A stretch of 61,174 nucleotides of DNA, the filler included. It is 4 parts of 4 records of this genome, joined end to end, with 100 filler letters (N's around TTAATTAATTAA, not from the genome) between each part and the next. Parts side by side here need not be neighbours in the genome. Positions count along the whole stretch, not along the records: positions 29,993 to 47,001 come from SRR20825019_2422; 3 more parts are not named here. One strand, 5' to 3'. Made by a program: the position numbers and the translations under genes. The notes under the pieces were generated by a model. The model was not told where the DNA came from and made no database searches. It saw only the letters and a program-made list of their open reading frames with translations. Below are positions 35,696-45,031 of the stretch, piece after piece (the first letter of the stretch is position 1; the number at the start of each line of letters is the position of its first letter).

Positions 35696-36095
35696 GGAAA
35701 TCTTTCCCCCAGTTTATGGCTTCAGGAAGTTCATTGAAAATTTTAAATGGTTTTTCACAAAATTTAGCTTCTAAGTTAGCATTTTGATGTCCCACTTCAT
35801 TGTAATTAACAATTCCCATTGCTTTTAAAGTTGGCACTTTATTAAAGTATTTATAATCTATTGGATTGACTGAGTAGGAGTTAACCCTGTTTGAGATATA
35901 CACCCAGGGTTGAGCTCTTAGAATACTTAAGCTTTTTATTAAAATTGAAAATCCAGTTTTATATGAGAGCATAACTCCTTCATTTACTTCAAATACAACA
36001 ATGTATCCATAAAAATATAGCTTACCAATTTCGGTGTCTAATACCTTTTTTAATTGGAATTCTGGTGGAAGATTATGCGGAAATTGACTTACCAT
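35685..36095 (-). CDS. hypothetical protein (SpoIIAA/STAS-like, Flavobacteriaceae type)
   Basis: 136-aa ORF with YISNRVNSYSVNP and F..LPEAINW motifs. Confidence 0.7.
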   Translation of the reverse strand: MVSQFPHNLPPEFQLKKVLDTEIGKLYFYGYIVVFEVNEGVMLSYKTGFSILIKSLSILRAQPWVYISNRVNSYSVNPIDYKYFNKVPTLKAMGIVNYNEVGHQNANLEAKFCEKPFKIFNELPEAINWGKDFLIK

Positions 36096-36166
36096 TATAA
36101 AGTGTAATTTACATTTTATATTTCATCTCTATGCACAAGTTCCACATTTTTTTAAGGAATATGCAG

Positions 36167-36174
36167 TACCTTTG
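36167..36174 (+). promoter_or_regulatory. Bacteroidota -7 promoter element before the cvfB-like gene
   Basis: TACCTTTG, 5 nt before ATG 36180. Confidence 0.7.
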
Positions 36175-36179
36175 CAACT

Positions 36180-37010
36180 ATGATAAAACTGGGCGAATAC
36201 AATACATTAGAAATCCTTCGGGAAACCGAACCGGGTTTATATTTAGGTGATGATGAAGAAAATGTGGTGCTTTTACCACATAAATACAAGCCAGAAGCTT
36301 ATGAAATTGGTGATTCAATTTCTGTATTTATATACCTTGATAATGAAGAACGGCCTATTGCTACAACTTTAGATCCTTTCTTACAATTAAATACTTTCGG
36401 ATACCTCCATTGTAGTGATGTTACTGAATACGGTGCATTTATGGATTGGGGATTGGAAAAACAGTTGTTTGTTCCTTTTAAAGAACAGGCGCGTCCTATG
36501 AAAAAAGGAAATTGGTATATAGTTTACCTTTATATAGATGATAAAACAAACCGTCTTGTTGGTTCGAGTAAAACAAATCATTTCCTACAAAATGAAACAC
36601 TAACAGTTGAACCTTTTGAAGAAGTAGATATTTTAGTAACGCATCTTACCGAAAAAGGAGCCAACGTAATTGTAAACGGTGTTCACAAGGGGCTTATATA
36701 CATTGAAAATATATTTGAAGATATTCGTACTGGAGACAGAATGAAGGCGTTTATTAAAAATATTCGCCCTGATAATAAAATTGATATTGTTCTTCAAACT
36801 CCTGGTTACAAGAGTATAGAGCCAAATGCTAACTTTATTCGTGAAGAATTGGAAGCTGCAGGAGGTTTTTTACCATTGCATGATAAATCTGATCCAGATT
36901 CAATAAAAAATCTTTTGGGGATGAGTAAGAAAAGCTTTAAAAAAGCAATTGGCACGCTTTACAAAGACAAGCAAATTACAATTAAGGAAGACGGTATTGA
37001 ATTACTGTGA
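36180..37010 (+). CDS. cvfB: CvfB-family S1 RNA-binding protein
   Basis: GAFMDWGLEKQLFVPFKEQ; C-terminal winged helix MSKKSFKKAIGTLYK. Confidence 0.9.
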   Translation: MIKLGEYNTLEILRETEPGLYLGDDEENVVLLPHKYKPEAYEIGDSISVFIYLDNEERPIATTLDPFLQLNTFGYLHCSDVTEYGAFMDWGLEKQLFVPFKEQARPMKKGNWYIVYLYIDDKTNRLVGSSKTNHFLQNETLTVEPFEEVDILVTHLTEKGANVIVNGVHKGLIYIENIFEDIRTGDRMKAFIKNIRPDNKIDIVLQTPGYKSIEPNANFIREELEAAGGFLPLHDKSDPDSIKNLLGMSKKSFKKAIGTLYKDKQITIKEDGIELL

Positions 37011-37484
37011 TGGTGTTTGGTACATACCATAACCAACATAGAAACCACTTCTTCTGTTATTTCGAGGATAAAACCCATAGTTATAAGGCATAAGCTCTGG
37101 TCTTAAATACCCTCTAGATTCTTTATACGAAATATTTTTAACTGAGGTTGAGGCATCTGCAGAATATGTACTGTTACCTCCAAAAATACCGTATTCTTTA
37201 GGGTCTAGTGAGATTTCAATGTCAGATTTTACATAATTCTCAGTAGTTGCCATTGCATCAAACATACTTACAGGTTCCCGATAGTTGTCCTTACTAAGTT
37301 TAAAAGAAGGTAGTTTGTTTTTATTATTTGCTAAAAAACCTGTATCTGAGGATAGCGATGTACTCATTAAACTTTCAACTTCAGGCAAAATAGCAAAATT
37401 CAATTTAAGTTTATTGGTCTCAAAATCAAACTGCGCAGATGCTATCAGTGGAAAAAATAAAAGAAGAAATAACAACTTTTTCAT
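37002..37484 (-). CDS. hypothetical secreted protein
   Basis: Signal peptide MKKLLFLLLFFPLIASA; TATATTTG -7 element 5 nt upstream (37490-37497). Confidence 0.75.
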   Translation of the reverse strand: MKKLLFLLLFFPLIASAQFDFETNKLKLNFAILPEVESLMSTSLSSDTGFLANNKNKLPSFKLSKDNYREPVSMFDAMATTENYVKSDIEISLDPKEYGIFGGNSTYSADASTSVKNISYKESRGYLRPELMPYNYGFYPRNNRRSGFYVGYGMYQTPSQ

Positions 37485-37549
37485 TGTTGCAAATATATCA
37501 AAATTTACGCCAACTTTTTTATAGCCAGTGCGTAGTTGAAAGTTGTTTA

Positions 37550-38668
37550 TTATAAGTTTAATTTATTAGCTGTGTTTTTTGGCAATGCATCTTTATGAAC
37601 CGTAATACTAATAGCTTTTAAACGCATATAAGCTTCACTAAAATATACATAACCACCGTTGGCAACACGTGTTTCATCTGTACCCCAACTATTTTTTACC
37701 TTATAGTATTTTGTGCCATTTTGGTCTTGAAGCATCCCTGTAATATGCATTAAATGGTCATCTGTAGTGTCGTAATTTTCAAACTCTTTTTGGCGATACT
37801 CTTGGGTAATTGTTTTTTCTGGATAAACACCTTGCAATGCTTTTATAGTATTCTCAGCGTTTTCTGGAATAACTGCAACACCATCTTTTGATGAAAATGT
37901 TTTTTCACTTACATCACAATCTAATTCTATAGTAAAACCTTTTTCAAGCGCATTGTCTATCGTAGCCATCATTTCGTTTAAAGGAACATTATAAAAACTA
38001 CCATTACTCCAATTGTCTGGAATGTTCAAGATAAATTGTGAATAAAATGGCACATGAGTAAAACTTGTAATATTTACATAGTCTGCTGGCTCAATTTTAG
38101 TCATTTTTAGAAATGATTCAGGCGTATATTGTTTACCTTCATATGTAAAACTGGACACGTTTTTACCTAAATAAATATCTAAAACAGCATCAATTGCAGT
38201 TCTCCATTTCGGGCTCAATTTTCTTCCAGGATTATCAATATATGTTTTTAGCATCGCCTCCAAAACCGCAACCATTTCGGCGTGATTGTATACTGTTTCC
38301 CCTGCGAAAAGACCACTAAAAGCTTCTTCTGGAACCAATCCGTTTTTAGCTACAGAATTCATCACATCATGTGCTAAACCACCTTCACTAAACTGTGATT
38401 TACCTTGGCGCATAATAAAATTTTCAGCTTTTAAAGGATAGGTATTTCGCACTTGGTACATTTCACTTAGATCAATTTTCTTTCCAGTAAGGCGGATAAT
38501 TTCACTTTCTAAAAAAGAAGTGCTACTAAAACTCCAGCAAGTGCCTGTAATTCCTTGGCTAATTACTGGCGTTGCCTCAAGGTCAGTAACAGTTGTAAAT
38601 TTGTATGCTTCCTGTGCGGAAATCGTTATTGTAAAAAGTGTTGCGAGTAAAAAAAGAAGTCTGCGCAT
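37550..38668 (-). CDS. C1-family cysteine aminopeptidase (PepC/bleomycin hydrolase-like), secreted
   Basis: QGITGTCWSF, TTDDHLMHITG, VKNSWG; signal peptide. Confidence 0.92.
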   Translation of the reverse strand: MRRLLFLLATLFTITISAQEAYKFTTVTDLEATPVISQGITGTCWSFSSTSFLESEIIRLTGKKIDLSEMYQVRNTYPLKAENFIMRQGKSQFSEGGLAHDVMNSVAKNGLVPEEAFSGLFAGETVYNHAEMVAVLEAMLKTYIDNPGRKLSPKWRTAIDAVLDIYLGKNVSSFTYEGKQYTPESFLKMTKIEPADYVNITSFTHVPFYSQFILNIPDNWSNGSFYNVPLNEMMATIDNALEKGFTIELDCDVSEKTFSSKDGVAVIPENAENTIKALQGVYPEKTITQEYRQKEFENYDTTDDHLMHITGMLQDQNGTKYYKVKNSWGTDETRVANGGYVYFSEAYMRLKAISITVHKDALPKNTANKLNL

Positions 38669-38771
38669 GGGTTATTTTTTAATATTATTGTTTATCTGAA
38701 GTATTATTTCAAAAGAAATAGAAAATAATACTAAACAATATCTTCTATCTTTGAAAACAAAAATAACAATT

Positions 38772-39611
38772 ATGTCTTCAATCAATTGGAAAACTGTCAA
38801 AGAATATACAGATATAACATACAAAAAATGCGATGGCGTTGCTAGAATTGCTTTTAACAGGCCTGATGTGCGTAATGCATTTCGTCCTAAAACTACAGCC
38901 GAATTACTAGATGCTTTTCATAATGCCCAAGAAGATACCTCTGTTGGCGTGGTTTTACTTTCCGCTGAAGGGCCTTCCACAAAAGATGGAATTTATAGTT
39001 TTTGTAGTGGTGGCGATCAAAAAGCGCGAGGCCATCAAGGATATGTGGGGGATGATGGTTATCACCGGTTAAATATTTTAGATGTGCAACGATTAATACG
39101 TTTTATGCCGAAAGCCGTTATTTGTGTGGTTCCAGGATGGGCAGTAGGTGGCGGCCATAGTTTGCATGTGGTTTGCGATTTGACTTTAGCAAGTAAGGAA
39201 CACGCAATTTTTAAACAAACAGATGCCGATGTTACTAGTTTTGATGGCGGTTACGGAAGTGCATATCTAGCCAAAATGGTAGGGCAGAAGCGAGCTCGCG
39301 AAATCTTTTTCCTTGGTAGAAATTATTCTGCACAAGAAGCTTATGAAATGGGGATGGTAAACGCCGTAATCCCTCATGATAAACTTGAAGATACGGCTTA
39401 CGAATGGGCTCAGGAGATTCTCGCAAAATCACCTACATCTATAAAAATGTTGAAGTTTGCAATGAACCTTACTGATGACGGTATGGTGGGGCAACAAGTA
39501 TTTGCAGGAGAAGCAACACGACTTGCCTATATGACGGACGAAGCAAAAGAAGGTCGCGATGCTTTTCTAGAAAAAAGAAAACCTAATTTTGATAAAAAGT
39601 GGTTACCATAA
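38772..39611 (+). CDS. menB: 1,4-dihydroxy-2-naphthoyl-CoA synthase
   Basis: FCSGGDQK, WAVGGGHSLH, SFDGGYGS, AREIFFL; TATCTTTG -7 element at 38746-38753. Confidence 0.97.
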   Translation: MSSINWKTVKEYTDITYKKCDGVARIAFNRPDVRNAFRPKTTAELLDAFHNAQEDTSVGVVLLSAEGPSTKDGIYSFCSGGDQKARGHQGYVGDDGYHRLNILDVQRLIRFMPKAVICVVPGWAVGGGHSLHVVCDLTLASKEHAIFKQTDADVTSFDGGYGSAYLAKMVGQKRAREIFFLGRNYSAQEAYEMGMVNAVIPHDKLEDTAYEWAQEILAKSPTSIKMLKFAMNLTDDGMVGQQVFAGEATRLAYMTDEAKEGRDAFLEKRKPNFDKKWLP

Positions 39612-39655
39612 AATAAATACTTAGTTGCTTTTAGTATTCTTTTTGAGTTTTAATA

Positions 39656-39696
39656 CAGAAGACATCAATGAAATTAGTTTTTTTTGATGTCTTCTG
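39656..39696. terminator. 13-bp inverted repeat between convergent menB and asnB
   Basis: CAGAAGACATCAA-N15-TTGATGTCTTCTG. Confidence 0.65.
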
Positions 39697-39767
39697 AAAA
39701 AATTAATATTGATTTAAAGTGGTTTTTCTAAGAAATTAATTTTTTTAATAATTCTTTAAAATACCGC

Positions 39768-41435
39768 TCATTTCTCATAGGCATCTGTATGTACCTGTTG
39801 TACTGCTCGTCCGCTCGGGTCGTTCATGTTTTTAAAACTTGCATCCCATTCTAATGCAATTGGGCTACTACACGCCACCGATGGAACTGAAGGCACACAA
39901 AGCGCAGCAGTATCGCTAGGAAAATGTTCAGCGAAAATACTTCGATAATAAAACTCTTCCTTGCTGGTAGGAGTTTGCAATGGAAATTTATATTTTGCAT
40001 TTGCTAACTGCTCATCAGTTACTTTTTCATTTACCATTTCTTTTAAAGTATCTATCCAGCTATAACCCACACCGTCACTAAATTGCTCTTTTTGGCGCCA
40101 ACATACGCTTTCGGGAAGCATATCTTCAAAAGCTTTTCGTAAAATCCATTTTTCCATTCGCTCGCCATTAATCATTTTATCTTGTGGGTTGATGCGCATA
40201 GCAACATCCATAAATTCTTTGTCTAAGAAGGGAACGCGTCCTTCAATACCCCAACTTGCAAGCGATTTGTTGGCACGTAAGCAATCATACATATGTAATT
40301 TATCAAGTTTACGTACTGTTTCTTTATGAAGTTCTTCTGCATTTGGAGCTTTATGAAAGTAAAGATAGCCACCAAAAATTTCATCAGAACCTTCGCCGCT
40401 AAGCACCATTTTTATTCCCATTGCTTTAATAGCACGCGCCATTAAATACATTGGAGTGCTAGCACGAATTGTGGTAATATCATAGGTTTCTAAATGATAA
40501 ATTACATCACGAATGGCATCTATGCCTTCCTGTATAGTGAATTTTATTTCATGATGTATAGTCTTTAAATGGGTTGCTACTTTTTTTGCAGCTACAAGGT
40601 CAGGACTGCCTTCCAGTCCAATTGCAAAGCTGTGTAATTGTGGCCACCAAGCGCCTTCAGTATCTTCACTTTCAATACGTTTTTCGGCATATTTTTTTGC
40701 AATGGCAGAAGTAATACTGCTATCAAGTCCTCCAGAAAGTAATACGCCGTAAGGCACGTCGCTCATGAGTTGGCGATGCACTGCGGCTTCTAATGCTTTG
40801 CGGAGTTCAGCGATTTCAGTAGTATTGTTTTTTACATTTTTATAATCCATCCAATCGCGTGTGTACCAACGTTTCAATTCACCTTCACGGCTGTCTAAAT
40901 AATGTCCAGGGGGGAAGAGCTCAATTTTGGTGCAAATGCCTTCCAGCGCTTTTAATTCGGAAGCTACATAAAAAGTGCCGTGTTGGTCCCAACCAATATA
41001 AAGCGGGATGATTCCCATATGGTCGCGCGCCACAAAATATGTGTCGTTTTCAACATCATATAACGCAAAACCAAAGATGCCGTTCATTTCATCTAAAAAA
41101 TCAGCTCCTTTTTCTTTATATAAAGGTAGTATTACTTCGCAATCACTTTTTGTTTGAAAGGTGTAATGTTTTAATTTCTTCCGCAGTTCCATATGGTTGT
41201 ATATCTCACCATTGGCGGCTAAAACCAAGTTGCCATCACTGCTAATAAGGGGTTGTTTTCCAGATGTAGGGTCTACAATAGCAAGCCGTTCGTGTGCCAT
41301 TATTGCTTTTTCATTACTAAAAATTCCACTCCAATCGGGTCCGCGATGACGGATGTTTTTTGCCATTGTTAATACCTGAACCCTGAGTTCTTCCGCAGGT
41401 TCTTTAAGTTTGAATGCACATACAATTCCACACAT
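39768..41435 (-). CDS. asnB: asparagine synthetase B (glutamine-hydrolysing)
   Basis: N-terminal MCGI, RHRGPDW, HERLAIVD, LLSGGLDSS, SGEGSDE, RVPFLD. Confidence 0.98.
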   Translation of the reverse strand: MCGIVCAFKLKEPAEELRVQVLTMAKNIRHRGPDWSGIFSNEKAIMAHERLAIVDPTSGKQPLISSDGNLVLAANGEIYNHMELRKKLKHYTFQTKSDCEVILPLYKEKGADFLDEMNGIFGFALYDVENDTYFVARDHMGIIPLYIGWDQHGTFYVASELKALEGICTKIELFPPGHYLDSREGELKRWYTRDWMDYKNVKNNTTEIAELRKALEAAVHRQLMSDVPYGVLLSGGLDSSITSAIAKKYAEKRIESEDTEGAWWPQLHSFAIGLEGSPDLVAAKKVATHLKTIHHEIKFTIQEGIDAIRDVIYHLETYDITTIRASTPMYLMARAIKAMGIKMVLSGEGSDEIFGGYLYFHKAPNAEELHKETVRKLDKLHMYDCLRANKSLASWGIEGRVPFLDKEFMDVAMRINPQDKMINGERMEKWILRKAFEDMLPESVCWRQKEQFSDGVGYSWIDTLKEMVNEKVTDEQLANAKYKFPLQTPTSKEEFYYRSIFAEHFPSDTAALCVPSVPSVACSSPIALEWDASFKNMNDPSGRAVQQVHTDAYEK

Positions 41436-41503
41436 ATTTTATAATTTAAGTTTGTTTTTTAAGAATCTTTAGGCTTCATTTAATTATCAGTTAAGTTGAA
41501 ACC

Positions 41504-41536
41504 AAAAAAAAGCCTGTCAAGAAAAACTTGACAGGC
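41504..41536 (-). terminator. intrinsic terminator in the asnB 5' leader (attenuator)
   Basis: Minus strand GCCTGTCAAG-TTTTT-CTTGACAGGC then T8; perfect 10-bp stem ~70 nt upstream of the asnB ATG. Confidence 0.9.
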
Positions 41537-41558
41537 CATATATCGCGACAAGTTTTTG

Positions 41559-41600
41559 TTACGGTAGCTGGTTATTGTTATTAAGGCTGAAAAATGACAT
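41559..41600 (-). CDS. putative asnB leader peptide MSFFSLNNNNQLP
   Basis: ATG TCA TTT TTC AGC CTT AAT AAC AAT AAC CAG CTA CCG TAA; four tandem Asn codons; A-rich upstream region. Confidence 0.8.
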   Translation of the reverse strand: MSFFSLNNNNQLP

Positions 41601-41626
41601 AAACTTGCTTTCTTTTATTTGAATTG

Positions 41627-41659
41627 CTAATTTACTATAAATAAATTAAGGTTTCCAAG
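41627..41659 (-). promoter_or_regulatory. putative Bacteroidota sigma-70 promoter for the asnB leader
   Basis: CTTG-N21-TAAATTAG, one mismatch each to TTTG and TAnnTTTG. Confidence 0.55.
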
Positions 41660-41709
41660 TATTTTTTAAATAATATATAATTTTAGGTTGTGTGAATTAT
41701 GTATTCTAC

Positions 41710-44124
41710 TTATCTGAGTTTTGGAAATCCCGAAGGATTTGCTTCGTGCATAATTTCATATACTTTTTCATAAACGTCTTCTACACTTGGCTTGCTAAAG
41801 TAATCGCCATCTGTGCCATAAGCAGGTCGGTGCTCTTTGGCTGCAAGTGTTTGTGGTTTGCTGTCAAGATGTTTGTAACCACCTTGAACATCTATGATAT
41901 TTTGAAGTATATATGCAGAAGCGCCACCAGGAACGTCTTCATCAATAACTAAAAGTCTATTAGTTTTTGCTACACTTTTAACGATATCATGGTTTAAATC
42001 TAAAGGTAGCAGGGACTGCACATCAATAATTTCGGCACTAATACCAGCTTGTAGTAGCTCTTTTGCAGCTTCTTCAACAATGCGAATCGTACTTCCGTAG
42101 GAAACCAAAGTAATATCTGTTCCTTCTTTTATAGTTTCTACTACACCAATTGGAGTTTTTAGCTCGCCTAAGTTGTTAGGCATTTTTTCCTTTAAACGAT
42201 AACCATTTAAACATTCAACAACGAGAGCTGGTTCATCAGTTTCAAGCAAAGTATTGTAAAAACCTGCAGCTTTGGTCATGTTTCTTGGAACGAGTAAATA
42301 CATACCTCGCAAAAGGTGAATTAAACCACCCATCTGTGAGCCACTATGCCAAATACCTTCTAGTCTGTGGCCACGCGTTCTAACAATCAACGGCGCTTTC
42401 TGTGTGCCGTTGGTGCGGTAGCGTACCGTCACCAAATCATCACTCATTATTTGAAGGCAATATAAAATATAATCAAGGTATTGTATTTCTGCAATAGGGC
42501 GTAAACCACGCATAGCCATCCCAATTCCTTGACCTAAAATTGTAGCTTCACGAATTCCTGCATCGGCAACTCTAAGTTTTCCGTATTTTTCCTGCATGCC
42601 TTCCAAACCTTGGTTTACATCGCCAATTTCTCCTGCATCCTCTCCAAAAATTAAAGCTTCTGGATATTTGCTGAAAATAGCATCAAAGTTATCTCTTATA
42701 ATTACACGCCCATCAACTTCTTCAGCATCGTTAGTGTATGAAGGAAGAACTTCTTGTATGGTTTTAGCATTTTCGTTTGCTTCAGAATAAAGATGTGAGC
42801 TATATTTTGGTTGAATAGTATCGAAATAATTAGTCAACCAATCTTGCAATTGTTTCTTTTCAGATGAATCTTCTCCTACTACATAACGCAAGGCTTTTCG
42901 TGCTGAGGCAGCAATATTTCTACGTAAAGGTTCTTTTTCGGATGCAAGTTCATTTTTTAATTTCTCAATGAAATTTTTATTTGAACTATTTTCTGCTAGA
43001 TTTCCTAAAAGAAGAACAGCTTCTTCTTGTTCCTTTTTTTGCGGTGCAAGAAAGGCTTCCCAAGCTGCTTTTTTTCCATCACGAACTTGCTTTTTAATGG
43101 CTTTTTCTATTTCGGCAAGCGTTTCTTCTGAAGCAATATCGCTTGCAATAATCCATTCACGCATTTTTACGTTACAGTCGTAACTTGCTTCCCACTCTAA
43201 ACGATCTTTGCTTTTATAACGTTCGTGCGAACCACTGGTGCTGTGACCTTGCGGTTGTGTTAGTTGTTGCACGTGAATTAAAACAGGTACGTGTTCTTCT
43301 CGCGCTATTTGTGAAGCACGGCTATAAACTTCAATAAGGTCTGGATAATCCCAGCCTTTTACACGGATAATTTCATATCCATTTTCATCTTCAGTACGTT
43401 GAAATCCTTTAAGTACTTCTGAGATATTTTCTTTAGTAGTTTGGTATTTTGCGTGAACAGAAATTCCGTATTCATCATCCCAAACGCTCATAACCATTGG
43501 TACTTGCAATACTCCAGCGGCATTTATGGTTTCCCAAAAAAGCCCTTCACTGGTACTTGCATTACCGATGGTTCCCCAAGCAACTTCATTTCCGTTGATA
43601 GAGAAATTGGTTTTATTTTCAATCCCTTTTACGTTCCTAAATATTTTTGAAGCTTGTGCCAACCCCAATAAACGAGGCATTTGCCCAGCGGTAGGTGATA
43701 TATCTGCGCTACTATTTTTTTGTGCAGTAAGGTTTTTCCAGCTACCATCTTCGTTTAGACTGTGTGTTGCAAAGTGGCCACCCATTTGCCTTCCAGCACT
43801 CATTGGGTCTGACTTAATATCTGTATGTGCATAAAGGCCAGCAAAAAACTGTTCAATAGTAAGTTTGCCAATCGCCATCATAAATGTTTGGTCCCTGTAG
43901 TAACCGCTTCTCCAATCGCCATTCTTAAAAGCTTTGGCCCAAGCAAGTTGTGGCACTTCTTTTCCATCACCAAATATTCCAAATTTTGCTTTTCCGGTAA
44001 GTACTTCACGGCGACCTAACAAACTACATTCACGGCTAGTAACAGCTATTTTATAATCATTTAGGACAGTTTCCTTAAAATCATCAAAGTGAATTTCGCC
44101 GTTGGTCTTTGGGTCTGTTTGCAT
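41710..44124 (-). CDS. 2-oxoacid (probably branched-chain) dehydrogenase E1, fused alpha/beta subunits
   Basis: GYYRDQ, GNASTSEG, GHSTSGSHERY, GLRPIAEIQY; TATTTTTG -7 element at 44145-44152. Confidence 0.9.
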   Translation of the reverse strand: MQTDPKTNGEIHFDDFKETVLNDYKIAVTSRECSLLGRREVLTGKAKFGIFGDGKEVPQLAWAKAFKNGDWRSGYYRDQTFMMAIGKLTIEQFFAGLYAHTDIKSDPMSAGRQMGGHFATHSLNEDGSWKNLTAQKNSSADISPTAGQMPRLLGLAQASKIFRNVKGIENKTNFSINGNEVAWGTIGNASTSEGLFWETINAAGVLQVPMVMSVWDDEYGISVHAKYQTTKENISEVLKGFQRTEDENGYEIIRVKGWDYPDLIEVYSRASQIAREEHVPVLIHVQQLTQPQGHSTSGSHERYKSKDRLEWEASYDCNVKMREWIIASDIASEETLAEIEKAIKKQVRDGKKAAWEAFLAPQKKEQEEAVLLLGNLAENSSNKNFIEKLKNELASEKEPLRRNIAASARKALRYVVGEDSSEKKQLQDWLTNYFDTIQPKYSSHLYSEANENAKTIQEVLPSYTNDAEEVDGRVIIRDNFDAIFSKYPEALIFGEDAGEIGDVNQGLEGMQEKYGKLRVADAGIREATILGQGIGMAMRGLRPIAEIQYLDYILYCLQIMSDDLVTVRYRTNGTQKAPLIVRTRGHRLEGIWHSGSQMGGLIHLLRGMYLLVPRNMTKAAGFYNTLLETDEPALVVECLNGYRLKEKMPNNLGELKTPIGVVETIKEGTDITLVSYGSTIRIVEEAAKELLQAGISAEIIDVQSLLPLDLNHDIVKSVAKTNRLLVIDEDVPGGASAYILQNIIDVQGGYKHLDSKPQTLAAKEHRPAYGTDGDYFSKPSVEDVYEKVYEIMHEANPSGFPKLR

Positions 44125-44209
44125 TAGTTTAAATTTTAGAGGTACAAAAATAGCGAAATCGGGCGTGTTTCACAATGCTTAATTGTTATCAAAACCCTTT
44201 TTTTAGAAA

Positions 44210-44434
44210 TCATTTCTTTTTGAATAGGTTCAATTTTATAATAAGTAATCTACCTAATAAAATAAATGGAAAGCCATGAAGCAACACATCAAACCAATCT
44301 GCGGCTTTCATACCATTGGCTCCACCAGTTATCCAATTAATTTTTCCCAAGATATGTGGTTCAGGAAAGAAAGGTGCTAGGCCTAATGTAAGGCAGAGTA
44401 GCACTATAATACGCCAATTGTTTAAAATGCTCAT
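44210..44434 (-). CDS. small membrane protein
   Basis: LGLAPFFPEPHILGK...DWFDVLLHG; two hydrophobic segments. Confidence 0.75.
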   Translation of the reverse strand: MSILNNWRIIVLLCLTLGLAPFFPEPHILGKINWITGGANGMKAADWFDVLLHGFPFILLGRLLIIKLNLFKKK

Positions 44435-44472
44435 TGAATTAAAATATTTGAATTTTGAAAGGGAAATAAGAT

Positions 44473-44502
44473 AAAAAAAATCCCCGGAATTCCGAGGATT
44501 TT
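44473..44502 (-). terminator. intrinsic terminator after the yegP-like gene
   Basis: AAAATCCTCGG-AATT-CCGGGGATTTTTTTT on the minus strand. Confidence 0.8.
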
Positions 44503-44524
44503 AATTGGAAAGAAAATCTGTGTT

Positions 44525-44845
44525 TTATTCTACTTCTTTTACAGAAGCGTCTGGTGCATTTTTACGAACAGATTCTATACCGTTTTTAGCACCACTTTCA
44601 GCAGCATACATTTGGCTACTACCAATAATTTGTCCGTTACTAGCTTTAATATTGAAGTGAATTTTTCCGTTTTTTGCGGTTTTTAATTCAAAACTATCAT
44701 CTTTTCCGCAGTTTTTCTGAACAGACTCAATGCCATTCATTGCTGAGGCTTTTGAAGCATACATCTGGCTTGAGAGGATTACCTGACCATTGCTAGCTTT
44801 TAACACAAAGTGAAACTTATCACCGCTTTTTTTAAGTTCAAACAT
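44525..44845 (-). CDS. yegP: YegP/DUF1508 family protein
   Basis: Two repeats F.LKASNGQ.I.SSQMY....A.NGIESV. Confidence 0.92.
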   Translation of the reverse strand: MFELKKSGDKFHFVLKASNGQVILSSQMYASKASAMNGIESVQKNCGKDDSFELKTAKNGKIHFNIKASNGQIIGSSQMYAAESGAKNGIESVRKNAPDASVKEVE

Positions 44846-45031
44846 AGGTTTATTGTTTTAGGTTTTTATCATTAATGCTTAAATATCGGAAAAATGATTC
44901 TCATTAAAAAAGATTAGAAACTATTTTTTTAAATATAAGAAATAATTAATTAAATGAGTGACTTGTTGATATTTATGGGGTCTAATAAGTGGTTATAACG
45001 CCATTATTAATTATTATTTAACACAATTTAT

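Noticed and set aside
41504-41536. The hairpin as merely the terminator of the upstream E1 dehydrogenase gene
   Set aside because: It may also serve that role, but it lies ~170 nt past that stop codon, downstream of a separate promoter and an Asn-rich uORF with complementary switch sequences, so attenuation explains it better.
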